DNA of 64,000 nucleotides. Source: Myxococcales bacterium (lineage in GTDB: Bacteria; Myxococcota_A; Polyangia; Palsa-1104; JAEUJZ01). Of the stretch, positions 9,790 to 18,717 are shown one piece after another (position 1 is the first letter of the stretch; the number at the start of each line of letters is the position of its first letter). The translations under genes and the position numbers were made by a program. A model generated the notes under the pieces. It did no database searches. It was not told the origin of the DNA and worked only from the letters and a program-made list of their open reading frames with translations. Where the stretch lies: the NCBI GenBank assembly GCA_016794365.1, contig JAEUKB010000053.1:2599-66598 (forward strand), read 5' to 3'.

Positions 9790-10128
9790 GTGACGACCTG
9801 GAAGTGCAAAAAGTGTAGCTACATCTACGATCCTGCCGTCGGAGATCCCGATGGCGGAATTCCTCCCGGCACCCCCTTTGAACAGATTCCTGACTCCTGG
9901 CGCTGTCCAGAGTGCGGAGCCACCAAGAAGGACTTTGTGGTGATTTCCACAGCGTCCGCACGCTCTACGCAGCCCGCTGCTCCGACATCCCCTTCTGATG
10001 CCAAAGCTCCCGCAGCCGCCAAAGCCCCTTCCGCTGCTACGGAGTCCGTCCGTCCCGCGTCCCCATCCGGCCACGCCAGCGTCCACAGCCTGACCGTTGG
10101 TTCGCTCAAAGGAATCCGTCAGCCGTAA
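9790..10128 (+). CDS. Rubredoxin with a ~60-aa Ala/Pro/Ser-rich C-terminal tail
   Basis: [46 protein letters not shown] carries the canonical CxxC...CPxCG rubredoxin knuckles. GTG start. Confidence 0.85.
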   Translation: MTTWKCKKCSYIYDPAVGDPDGGIPPGTPFEQIPDSWRCPECGATKKDFVVISTASARSTQPAAPTSPSDAKAPAAAKAPSAATESVRPASPSGHASVHSLTVGSLKGIRQP

Positions 10129-10240
10129 CGGCACGCTCACCCAGCCAACCGCCGCCAAAGCCCTTTCCTACGCGGCCTCCTATGCGGCTTCCTGACTCAC
10201 TTTCATCCCCACTACGCCGCTTCATCCATCCTGCGCACGC

Positions 10241-12394
10241 TCACTTGCTATCTGCTGCGGGCTCGTCGATGGATGGACGACTCTGGCTAAACTCTGCCAT
10301 CACCGCTTCGGTCTCTGGATTGGAGTTCTGAAGCGTGGAAGGCAGCGGCAGTCCGCGCTGACTCTTTGTCGCATGCGGCAGCCACACCACAAAGATGCTG
10401 CCTTCCCCCAGCTTGCTCTCTGCCGAGATCGCACCGCGATACTGCCGAATGATCCCGTAACAGACCGACAGCCCAAGCCCCACCGTGCGACTGGCGGACT
10501 TGGTTGAAAAGAACGGCTCAAACAGCCGCTTCATCGTCTCTTGCGACATCCCAACGCCGGAATCTGCAACCTTGATCTCGACGTAATCACCCGGCAAAAG
10601 ACCATGCTGCGCCGACTCTTCACCGAGCGTCACATTGCGCGTCGAGATCTCGATCTGTCCTTGGCTGGGAATCGCATCGCGCGCATTGAGCAGAAGCTGA
10701 ACCATCACCTGTTCAAGCTGTCCGACATCGACCATCACCGCGCCAAGTCCTTCGCTCAGGTTGATCGAAAGCTCGATTCCTTTTCCGAGCAGACGCAAGA
10801 TGAGCGGCTTCATATCCCCCAGGATCTGGTTGAGATCGCACTCGCGCGGGACACCATGCTGACGACGCGAAAACGTCAGTAGCTGTCGCACCAGATCCGC
10901 CGCGCGTGCTGCCGCTTGCCGAATCTCTTTCAGATCTTCTTGGCCCGGATGATCGCTCGACAGTGACTCCGCCAGCAGCTCTGCATTGCCCGAGATCACC
11001 ACCAGCATGTTGTTGAAGTCGTGCGCAATCCCGCCCGCCAGTCGTCCCAGCGCTTCGGTCTTTTGCGCCCGCAATAGCTGTGCTTCCAGGCTGCGGCGAT
11101 CCCGAATGTCCCGAATCACCACCAAGTGCTGCGACACCCGTCCGTCTTCATCAAGCTGCGTCGAGATCGTGTACTCCAGCGGGATCTCCTGCTTGTCCCC
11201 CACCACAAAGGAGCCCGTCTGGACGCCCTCCGCTTGTCCGACGTGACGCTCTAGCTCACGCAGGAACGCATCCCCAGTCACCAGGTCGAGCCGCGCCCCC
11301 ATCACACGCTGCGCATCCACCCGAAACAGCCGCTCAGTCGCTCGGTTGGCATAGGTGATCTGAAACGATCCATCGACCGCGATCACCGCATCTGCGACGT
11401 TGGCCAGCACCTCTGCTTGAGAGCGCAGCTTCCGCTCCGCATCCTTGAGCTGCGTGATGTCCGTTCCCGATACCACCAAGCGACGGACCTGCTGATCCTC
11501 TCCGCACTGAGGCACCGCAGTGAGCAGCACACGCTGATGCTGGTCCCCCGAAAAGCCGCGATCCTCGTTGTGCTGGATCTCTTTGGTAGACAGCGCCCGA
11601 TGCAGCATCGGATCGGTGGTCCGCAGCTGTTCCCGAGGCAAGACATCGCGGTGCCGACGCCCGAGCAGCGGCCCTTTGGGCAGTCCCAGGAGCTGATACA
11701 CCCGGGGATTGAGCGCCGCCACCCGCAGCTCGCCCTGCTCATCGACATCGAACACCGACACCCCGATGTCAATGTCGCGAAAGACATCGATCAGAAACGC
11801 TTCCCGCTCACGAATGATCGCCAGCAAGCGATCGATCACCAGCGCGCCCATTGCCACCACCATCGCGCGGCTCACAAGCTGAAGCCCGAGCAGCCACGAC
11901 CACGGCTTGCCACCATCGCGCTGGCTCACAAGCGCAAAGTACAGGCTCGCCCCCATCACCACCAGCGCCGACAGCGTCACGCCCCGGCGTCCGTACTGAA
12001 GCCCAAGCAGCAGCATCGGCACAACCGTCAGAAACTGCCACGCGCCCGCATCCGAGCTGCCATGCAAGCTCAGCGACACCGATGCCAGCACGCCAAACGA
12101 CACGATCTTGCTGGCCAGCATCGCCGATCGAAACTGGAGCGACAGCGCCAAGAGCGCCGATACCAACAGGAACAGCGCCTGCATCACAAACAGCGGACGC
12201 ACCGTCGCAACCAGGTGCTCTGCACCTGCAATCAGCAGCGCGAACACACCCATTCCCAGCAGCACAAGCAGGCTCTGTCGGAACAAGCGATCCACCACCA
12301 TGCTCGCGATCGGCAGTCCATCGATGCTGCTGTGGCGCTCTCCACGCGGCGGCGCGCTGGGACTCGGCGGAAACGAGTGGCTCACGGCCAGCAC
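10241..12394 (-). CDS. Membrane-bound PAS-domain sensor histidine kinase
   Basis: Six or so N-terminal TM helices, PAS-like regions, H-box GIAHDFNNMLVVISGNAELL, and N/G boxes (LLLNARDA, DSGVGM, GLGLSVCYGI). Overlaps the upstream response regulator gene by 13 nt. Confidence 0.9.
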   Translation of the reverse strand: MLAVSHSFPPSPSAPPRGERHSSIDGLPIASMVVDRLFRQSLLVLLGMGVFALLIAGAEHLVATVRPLFVMQALFLLVSALLALSLQFRSAMLASKIVSFGVLASVSLSLHGSSDAGAWQFLTVVPMLLLGLQYGRRGVTLSALVVMGASLYFALVSQRDGGKPWSWLLGLQLVSRAMVVAMGALVIDRLLAIIREREAFLIDVFRDIDIGVSVFDVDEQGELRVAALNPRVYQLLGLPKGPLLGRRHRDVLPREQLRTTDPMLHRALSTKEIQHNEDRGFSGDQHQRVLLTAVPQCGEDQQVRRLVVSGTDITQLKDAERKLRSQAEVLANVADAVIAVDGSFQITYANRATERLFRVDAQRVMGARLDLVTGDAFLRELERHVGQAEGVQTGSFVVGDKQEIPLEYTISTQLDEDGRVSQHLVVIRDIRDRRSLEAQLLRAQKTEALGRLAGGIAHDFNNMLVVISGNAELLAESLSSDHPGQEDLKEIRQAAARAADLVRQLLTFSRRQHGVPRECDLNQILGDMKPLILRLLGKGIELSINLSEGLGAVMVDVGQLEQVMVQLLLNARDAIPSQGQIEISTRNVTLGEESAQHGLLPGDYVEIKVADSGVGMSQETMKRLFEPFFSTKSASRTVGLGLSVCYGIIRQYRGAISAESKLGEGSIFVVWLPHATKSQRGLPLPSTLQNSNPETEAVMAEFSQSRPSIDEPAADSK

Positions 12395-13563
12395 TCCGGC
12401 TCGATCGACTCAAACCTCGGCGACGGCTTTGCAAAGAAGTAGCCTTGCATCAGGTCACAGCCCAGCGCGATCAGCATGTCCCGCTCTTCCGCTGACTCGA
12501 TTCCTTCGACAATCACCTCGACTCGCAGCTCCCGACACAGCTGCACCAGCGACTGCGTCACCGCCTGCCTGCGCGGGTCGCTGTTGATGTTGCGGACCAG
12601 CCCCATGTCGATCTTGGCGACTGTCGGACGAAGCTGCAAAAAGCTCAGCAGCCCGGCATAGCCTGCGCCCAGATCATCGATCGCCACCCCGAAGCCAAGC
12701 TGCCGCAGGGCCCCGGCATGCGCTTCTACTTCCCGACGGCCCGAGATGTCCGTCCGCTCTGTCACTTCCAAGATCACCCGCGCAGCAAACGGCGTAAGCG
12801 GAGCGGACTGCGACAAGATCTCTGGATCTTCTAGGTCCGACGGATGCAAGTTGACCAGCAGCCGCGTCTCATCGGGCAGACTGCTGATCGCCGCCGCTGC
12901 CAAAAAGCGAACCCGCCGTCCCAGATCGCGCAGCCGATCCAGGCGCTCTGCGGCCTCCAGCACCGAAATCGGCGTGGGCAGCACCGAATCCGACGATCGC
13001 AGCAGCGCTTCATAGCCCCAGATCCGCCGCTCTTTCACCGAAACCACCGGCTGGAAGTGAAGCTGCATGCACTCGAGCACCCGCGAAAACGCCGTCTGGA
13101 GCCCGATTCGATCTGCCGCCAGCGGATGCATCGTTCCGACCAGCGACATGGCCTCTTGCTTGAGCAGCGCCAGCCGATGAAGCCGCGCCGCCTCTCGTAC
13201 CGTCTCGACCAGCAGCCGATGATCGATGGGCTTGGTCAGGTAGCGCATCGCGCCCAGCTCCACCGCCCGCATCGCCGTTTCCAGCGAAGGATTCCCCGTG
13301 GCGAAGATCACCTGCACCGTCAAGTCACGCTCACGCACCGCCGCGAGCAGCGACACCCCTGACAAGCTCGGCATCGTGATGTCGCTCAAGATCACATCGA
13401 AGCTCTGCTTTTCTAGAATTCCCAGGGCTTCCATTCCATCGCTGGCTTCGGTCACGTCCATCTCGGCGCGACTTAGTACCTTGGTAAAGATGCGCCGCAC
13501 GCCCGCTTCGTCATCAATCACCAGCACTCGAATCGGCGCCCCAGGTGCCACCGCGTCGGACAT
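12382..13563 (-). CDS. Response regulator with EAL domain (c-di-GMP phosphodiesterase type)
   Basis: Receiver domain IRVLVIDDE...DVILSDITMP...KP, followed by EALLRS and DDLGAGYAGL (EAL signature). Confidence 0.9.
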   Translation of the reverse strand: MSDAVAPGAPIRVLVIDDEAGVRRIFTKVLSRAEMDVTEASDGMEALGILEKQSFDVILSDITMPSLSGVSLLAAVRERDLTVQVIFATGNPSLETAMRAVELGAMRYLTKPIDHRLLVETVREAARLHRLALLKQEAMSLVGTMHPLAADRIGLQTAFSRVLECMQLHFQPVVSVKERRIWGYEALLRSSDSVLPTPISVLEAAERLDRLRDLGRRVRFLAAAAISSLPDETRLLVNLHPSDLEDPEILSQSAPLTPFAARVILEVTERTDISGRREVEAHAGALRQLGFGVAIDDLGAGYAGLLSFLQLRPTVAKIDMGLVRNINSDPRRQAVTQSLVQLCRELRVEVIVEGIESAEERDMLIALGCDLMQGYFFAKPSPRFESIEPECWP

Positions 13564-13617
13564 CTAGAAACCCCCGGAGCTTCATCGTAGAAGACAGGAC
13601 CGAGGGCTTACAAGTTC

Positions 13618-14688
13618 TCATTTTGGCAGTGCCAGCTCCGCCCCCAGCCACATCGGCAGCCGCGATAGATCCGCCTGCGCGCGCAGCGCGGACAGATCCA
13701 CGCTACTGACCGTGTTCACAAACAGCACCCGCTTGCCATGGAGAAGCCCCGCATCGGCATCCGCAAGCAGCGCCGCCAGCGTCTTGCCGGTGTAGGTCGT
13801 CTCTAGCTGGAGCCCCACCGACCGAGCCCGTGCGACCGCTTGCCGCGCCGCATCCGTGACCGCACCATAGCCAATCCCCGGACCGACGTAGCGACCCTCT
13901 ACCGAGAGCTGCGGGATGGGCCGCAGTGACTCCCCCGAAAGACGCAGAAGCAGCGCGCTCGCTCGACCTGCTAGAAACCGAACCCCCTGTTCACTGGCAA
14001 TCGGCCACGGCACCACCCGCACACCGCGCAGCGACTTGGCCGCCTGCCCGAGTCCCAGCCACAGTCCCGCTGCCGTTCCCCCTGTACCAATCGTCACGTA
14101 CACCACATCAAAGGGGGGCTCCCCCCGCTGCGCAAGCTGCTCCGCCACCTCCAGCCCACCTCCTACCCAGCCGAGCACACCAGCTGGCGAGGATCCACCC
14201 GCCGGAATCGTCCACACCGGCTCATGCGAAGCAAAGCGCGCCTGCACATAGCGCAGCCCCATCCCCGCAAATGTTCGGGACGGCCATAGATGCGCCTGCG
14301 CCGCGAGCTGCCCGGCCAGCTGCTTGCGCAGGTAGGGTGCCGTCTCTTGCGTGAGCGGCTGCGGAAACAGCACCGTGTCCACCCGCAGACCCAGCTCTCG
14401 CCCGTACAGCGCCACCGCCAGCGCATGGTTGGATCCCCACGCCCCGAGCGTCAGCAGTCGCGGCCTGGACGCGGGATCCACAGCACCGATTCCGCCCAGC
14501 AGCAGCTCCAGCTTGCGGACCTTGTTGCCGCCATAGATCACGCCCGCTCGGTCTTCCCGCTTCACCCACAGCTCTACGGACGGCGGACACAGCCCCTCCA
14601 AGCGCTCCAGCGCCGTGGGGAACTGCCCAAGCGACCGAAACGGCAGCCGCTCGCGGAGTCGGGGAAAGCGAGCAAACAGAAGTGACAT
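13618..14688 (-). CDS. PLP-dependent ACC deaminase / D-cysteine desulfhydrase family enzyme
   Basis: WVKREDRAGVIYGGNKVRKLELLL contains the family's PLP lysine motif, and GTGGTAAGL matches the glycine loop. Confidence 0.8.
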   Translation of the reverse strand: MSLLFARFPRLRERLPFRSLGQFPTALERLEGLCPPSVELWVKREDRAGVIYGGNKVRKLELLLGGIGAVDPASRPRLLTLGAWGSNHALAVALYGRELGLRVDTVLFPQPLTQETAPYLRKQLAGQLAAQAHLWPSRTFAGMGLRYVQARFASHEPVWTIPAGGSSPAGVLGWVGGGLEVAEQLAQRGEPPFDVVYVTIGTGGTAAGLWLGLGQAAKSLRGVRVVPWPIASEQGVRFLAGRASALLLRLSGESLRPIPQLSVEGRYVGPGIGYGAVTDAARQAVARARSVGLQLETTYTGKTLAALLADADAGLLHGKRVLFVNTVSSVDLSALRAQADLSRLPMWLGAELALPK

Positions 14689-14742
14689 GCCTACATCCTA
14701 TGTGCTAGACGCAGACAAAGCGCCGTCCAAGTTGAAAGCTCG

Positions 14743-16296
14743 ATGCAGTCTCCCCCAGTCGCCTCGCCCCCAAAGGTTCCTTCGTTTCCTCGCTCCTTCT
14801 GGGTCGCCAACGCGATGGAGATCTTCGAGCGCATGGGCTGGTACGGCTTCTACGCAGTCTCCACGCTGTATCTCACGTCCCCGATCTCGGAAGGGGGCCT
14901 GGGTCTGTCGTCCAAAGATCGCGGTGTCATCCAGGGCCTATCGACCTTCTTTCTGTACTTTTTCCCGGCGCTGTTTGGCACGCTCGCGGATCGCTACGGC
15001 TACCGGCTGATGTTCGTGCTGTCCGCTGCGGTCATGGTGCCCGGCTATCTGCTGCTCCACCTGCCGCATACCTTCTACGGCTTCTTCTTGGTCTACATCC
15101 TGGTCGCCTGCGGCCACGGCATGTTCAAGCCCGTCGTCTTGAGCACCATCGTCAAGACCACGAGCGCCCAGAACGGCACCCTGGGCTTTGGCATCTTCTA
15201 CATGATGGTCAACATCGGCGGTCTGCTCGGTCCGCTGATCGCTGGCGTCGTGCGCGGCTGGAGCTGGGACTACGTCTTTTACACCTCTGCTGGCTGGATC
15301 GCGCTCATGGGCGTGCTCTGTCTGCTGCTCTATCAAGAGCCGCCCCGCGAGCGCCGCAGCGAGCCCCTCTCTGCCGTCCTGCGCCGCATGGTCGCGGTCA
15401 TCGGCAATGCCCGCTTCTTCGCGCTCGTCATTGGCATGCTGCTGCTGCTGGTGCTGGGCAGCAAGTGGTGGACCTTCCGCAGCGCATCAACCGTCGCGGT
15501 GTGGTGGCTGCTCGTTCACCTTCTGTGGGATCTGGCGCTCCGCTTTCGCCGTCCCCGCCCCCACGATCCCTTCTACCTTCAGCCGCTCAAGGTGGGCGAA
15601 GGCCGCTATCTGCTGTTCCTGCTGCTGATGTCCGGATTTTGGACCTGCGAAAACCAGCTTGCGCTGACCATGCCGGAGTACATCCGCGACTACGTAGACT
15701 CGCGCGATCTCGTCGCATCGTTTTCGCCGATGGCGTCAGTCCTCTTGCGCGGTCTGTCCTATCTGGGCTTCGATACCGCTTCCTTTTCGCGCGCCGTGCT
15801 GGATCAAGGCCGCGTCAAGCCCGAGCACCTCATCAACTTAAACTCGCTCGGCATCATCTGCCTCCAGGTCTTGATCTCCTTCGCTGCGCGCAGCCTGCCC
15901 CCGCTCGCCACCATCATCAGCGGCGTGCTGCTCACCGCGCTGAGCTTCCTGCTCTTTGTCCCCTTTGCGGCCCACGGCTCCGGCTGGCTGGTTGTCACCT
16001 TCGTGCTGTCCTTTTCCATCGGCGAGATGCTGGCCAGCCCCAAGTCCAAAGAGTACGCCGGACGAATCGCGCCCCCCGACAAGGTCGGGCTCTACATGGG
16101 CTACTTCTATCTGTGTGTCGCCCTCGGCAACCTGTTTGGTGGCCTTCTGTCCGGCTCGGCCTACCAGCACTTTGGCAAGCGCGGCACCAACCGACCGGAC
16201 CTGCTCTTTTTGCTCTTCGCTGGCCTCTCGGTGGCTTCGGCCCTGGTGCTCTGGCTCTACGATCGCTGGCTGCGCCGTCATCCCGCCACGAGCTAG
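14743..16296 (+). CDS. POT/PTR-family (proton-dependent oligopeptide) MFS transporter
   Basis: FWVANAMEIFERMGWYGFYAVSTLYL matches the ExxER(F/M)xYYG PTR2 signature. Protein has 12-14 hydrophobic helices. Confidence 0.85.
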   Translation: MQSPPVASPPKVPSFPRSFWVANAMEIFERMGWYGFYAVSTLYLTSPISEGGLGLSSKDRGVIQGLSTFFLYFFPALFGTLADRYGYRLMFVLSAAVMVPGYLLLHLPHTFYGFFLVYILVACGHGMFKPVVLSTIVKTTSAQNGTLGFGIFYMMVNIGGLLGPLIAGVVRGWSWDYVFYTSAGWIALMGVLCLLLYQEPPRERRSEPLSAVLRRMVAVIGNARFFALVIGMLLLLVLGSKWWTFRSASTVAVWWLLVHLLWDLALRFRRPRPHDPFYLQPLKVGEGRYLLFLLLMSGFWTCENQLALTMPEYIRDYVDSRDLVASFSPMASVLLRGLSYLGFDTASFSRAVLDQGRVKPEHLINLNSLGIICLQVLISFAARSLPPLATIISGVLLTALSFLLFVPFAAHGSGWLVVTFVLSFSIGEMLASPKSKEYAGRIAPPDKVGLYMGYFYLCVALGNLFGGLLSGSAYQHFGKRGTNRPDLLFLLFAGLSVASALVLWLYDRWLRRHPATS

Positions 16297-16339
16297 GGTC
16301 TTCACCCCAGCAGCCGTCCCCTTTGCCGCCCCAGTTCCG
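16297..16339. repeat. Solo unit of the 43-nt GGTCTT(G/C)ACCC repeat family
   Basis: ggtcttcaccccagcagccgtcccctttgccgccccagttccg starts 1 nt after the transporter stop codon. Palindromic head AGGGTCTTCACCCC; the tail (ccccagtt) resembles units in the arrays at 17910 and 38448. Confidence 0.45.
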
Positions 16340-16372
16340 CTATCCTAGAGCGAAGATCAAAGGAGTGTGCGA

Positions 16373-16582
16373 ATGGGAAAGCAGAAGCTTCTGTGGGCGC
16401 TGATCATCGTTGGCATCTTCGGGGCTGCATCGGTGGCATGGGCCAAGATGCGCATCGTGACCACAGCCGCAGGCTGTCACGCAAACTTCAAGGGCAGCGG
16501 CTTCTATCGCGCCTGTATGAGCTGCGTAAAGTCCCATCACAAGTTCAAGCTCGACCTCCGCAACAACTGGATCTGCAAGTAG
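16373..16582 (+). CDS. Small secreted basic 4-Cys protein (69 aa precursor)
   Basis: RBS AAAGGAG lies 8 nt before the ATG at 16373. Signal peptide MGKQKLLWALIIVGIFGAASVAWA. The mature ~45-aa part has 4 Cys (GCHANF...RACMSCVKSHH...WICK). Third codon positions are G/C-rich. Confidence 0.55.
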   Translation: MGKQKLLWALIIVGIFGAASVAWAKMRIVTTAAGCHANFKGSGFYRACMSCVKSHHKFKLDLRNNWICK

Positions 16583-16880
16583 CGCAGGCATCGGACCGCA
16601 CCCAGCAGACCCAGACCGTCCATCCCGATCGGTCCAACACCTCAGGTATCTACCTGAGATAAGCCGCATTTCCCCAGCCAGCGCAGACGCTTCACCACAA
16701 GCTCTGACCTGAACAAGGTCTACAGCCCATCTAGGCAACACACCTAGGCTTTTGTCTATTCGATAGCGCTGGCCCGTTCAGGTAGGCATCTATGCTGAAA
16801 TAGGAATCCACCGTGTATTCTTTGCGCGCAGCTTGCTTCGATTATACTTACCTTCGCTTTTTGTCCCCTTGGAGATATTC

Positions 16881-17861
16881 ATGAACAATCACCGCACCAT
16901 CCTGTCTGTCTTGGCCTCCATCTGCTTGTCCGGCTGCGCCGCCCTGTTTGGCAGCGGCTCCGGGCTTGGTACAGTCATGTCGGATGGCGCAGCTGGCAGC
17001 GTCGTCTTTGCCAATGCGGAATACCCTGACTACACCGCAGCCGCCCAGCATGCCGTCAAGGAAGTGCGTGATGGGGATGAAGTCTGGATGTACGTCAAGT
17101 TCCCCGGACCACTCGCCAACTATGTTGGAACGGGAAAGACCACCCATCCTGATGGAACTGTCAGCGAGACAGCAGTGGTTACGGTCGAATGCGATGCCTC
17201 TCGCAAGGCCACGGACTCTGATACCACGGTGGCAGAGCAAGCCATCTTCCTAAAAGGCGGCAACAAGTCGAGTGCGCGCTTAGAAAACATCGATGTCACC
17301 ACCCAGAACGAGCTCAAGATCTATCTCAGTAAGTACGTTCGCCACAAAAGCTCGTTCGTGATGCTCAAGTGCATTACCAAAAACCAGGCAGAGCCGCTAA
17401 ACGTCAGGCTCTTGCTCAAAGGTAAGAACCTGGATGTCATCACCAGCAGCACCTTAACAGGTCTGTTCGACAGCGGCTTTCCAACCTACATGAAGCAGTG
17501 GAATGCCTACGACAAAGTCCTTACCTCTGGCGATATCCTCGACAACGAGCTACCGCCGATTGGCAAGTTCAGCGATGCCAAGATCCGCGATGCGATCGCC
17601 ACCACAGTGCAAGCGGACGGCATCTCGGCCCCCAAGATCTATTTCACCATGGATGCCTGGCGCGAAATGAGCAGCACGCGCCCCAACGTCCTCAAGGAGC
17701 GGCTGATCTACGCCTTCGCGCTGTACAAAAAAGACGGCCAGTGGATGTTCATGCGCGCGGAGATCCACCAGCTCATGGGCGGCTCCGGCAAGTGGAGCGC
17801 TCCGTCCATCAACCTGTACGACAAGGACTCGCCGCTGGACCCGAGCAAGCTCCCCAAATAG
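16881..17861 (+). CDS. Lipoprotein, unknown function
   Basis: RBS GGAGA before the ATG at 16881. Lipobox SICLSGC in MNNHRTILSVLASICLSGCAALF. No recognisable family; somewhat AT-richer than its neighbours. Confidence 0.75.
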   Translation: MNNHRTILSVLASICLSGCAALFGSGSGLGTVMSDGAAGSVVFANAEYPDYTAAAQHAVKEVRDGDEVWMYVKFPGPLANYVGTGKTTHPDGTVSETAVVTVECDASRKATDSDTTVAEQAIFLKGGNKSSARLENIDVTTQNELKIYLSKYVRHKSSFVMLKCITKNQAEPLNVRLLLKGKNLDVITSSTLTGLFDSGFPTYMKQWNAYDKVLTSGDILDNELPPIGKFSDAKIRDAIATTVQADGISAPKIYFTMDAWREMSSTRPNVLKERLIYAFALYKKDGQWMFMRAEIHQLMGGSGKWSAPSINLYDKDSPLDPSKLPK

Positions 17862-17909
17862 CCACCGGGCTGCCGCGTAACCCGCCCACCGCAAAGCAGC
17901 CGAGGAAAG

Positions 17910-18210
17910 GTCTAGACCCTTGCCAAGCTGCCCACCACCCCAGCTCGCCAGGGTCTTGACCCTCCACGCACACCGCATCACCGGCTTTCGCCCTGGTCTT
18001 GACCCTCCACGCACACCTCGTCACCCAGCTTCGCCTGGGTCTTGACCCTCCACGATCCCCGCATCACCGGCTTTCGCCCTGGTCTTGACCCTTTGCGCAC
18101 ACCTCGTCACCCAGTTTCAGCAGGGTCTTTCCCATCCAAGATCCCCGCAGCCCCGGCTTTCGCCAAGGTCGGCACCCTTTCCAAGTCCCCCACGCGCAGG
18201 ACGGACGGTC
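17910..18210. repeat. Tandem array A: 7 units of exactly 43 bp with a palindromic GGTCTTGACC core
   Basis: Unit starts at 17910, 17953, 17996, 18039, 18082, 18125 and 18168. Heads include AGGTCTAGACCC, AGGGTCTTGACCCT and GGGTCTTGACCC. Odd and even units alternate (ccgcatcaccggctttcgcc versus cacctcgtcacccagYtt), giving an 86-bp higher-order repeat. Confidence 0.9.
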
Positions 18211-18532
18211 AGTTGGCGCGCTGGGCGAAGCAGCTTGGACAGGAGCACTGCTTGCGCATCCGCTCGACTTCTTCGCTCGGCAGCTCCGCCAAGATGGTCA
18301 TCTCGACCGCGCACAGGCCGCGCTGGTTTACCGCCTGCACCACCAGGCCGACAAGCCGCGTCCACAGTTGCTCACGACAGCGCGCCCCCAAGGTCCGGGT
18401 TCCAGCAAGCGTATTGGCGGTGGGAGGTCTCATGAGGCGACGGTATTTCTGCCTCCCGACATCGGCTTCAATCGGTAGGCGCGGCGCATAATATCCACTG
18501 GCGATCTCAGCACCAGCATTTCTTGACATCAT
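18209..18532 (-). CDS. Hypothetical protein (107 aa; only the C-terminal ~70 aa looks coding)
   Basis: The C-terminal part (QLWTRLVGLVVQAVNQRGLCAVEMTILAELPSEEVERMRKQCSCPSC) has G/C-rich third positions; the N-terminal part does not. No clear RBS and no family recognised. Confidence 0.3.
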   Translation of the reverse strand: MMSRNAGAEIASGYYAPRLPIEADVGRQKYRRLMRPPTANTLAGTRTLGARCREQLWTRLVGLVVQAVNQRGLCAVEMTILAELPSEEVERMRKQCSCPSCFAQRAN

Positions 18533-18717
18533 CTACCAGCCGCCCTTGCCAGCGCCCCCAAAGCAGCATGCTCTCCGTCTGAAAGCGGCCTGGCCTAACC
18601 GCTTCGTCCAGCGCGTGCGCGGCGTCCACGCAGCCGCTTCCCCTTGTCCGACTGCCGCAGCGCGTCACTTCTTTGGCTTTACAGCCTCGGACAAAGCGGT
18701 GTAAAGCCTGGGCACGC

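Noticed and set aside
17910-18210. 43-bp tandem arrays (also 38448-38791) as CRISPR arrays
   Set aside because: The conserved part is only ~12-16 bp and the period of 43 bp is far shorter than any CRISPR repeat-spacer unit. The 'spacers' are homologous to one another and alternate between two classes. No cas genes are present in the window.
18042-18491. ORFs 18042..18491 and 18085..18435 (+) reading through repeat array A
   Set aside because: The repeat period of 43 is not a multiple of 3, so the frame changes from unit to unit. The products are Pro/Arg/Ser-rich and have no RBS.
18523-18560. TTGACA hexamer upstream of deoC as a sigma-70 promoter
   Set aside because: No acceptable -10 element lies at 16-18 bp spacing. 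Promoter calls by eye in this high-G+C genome are unreliable, so none are reported.
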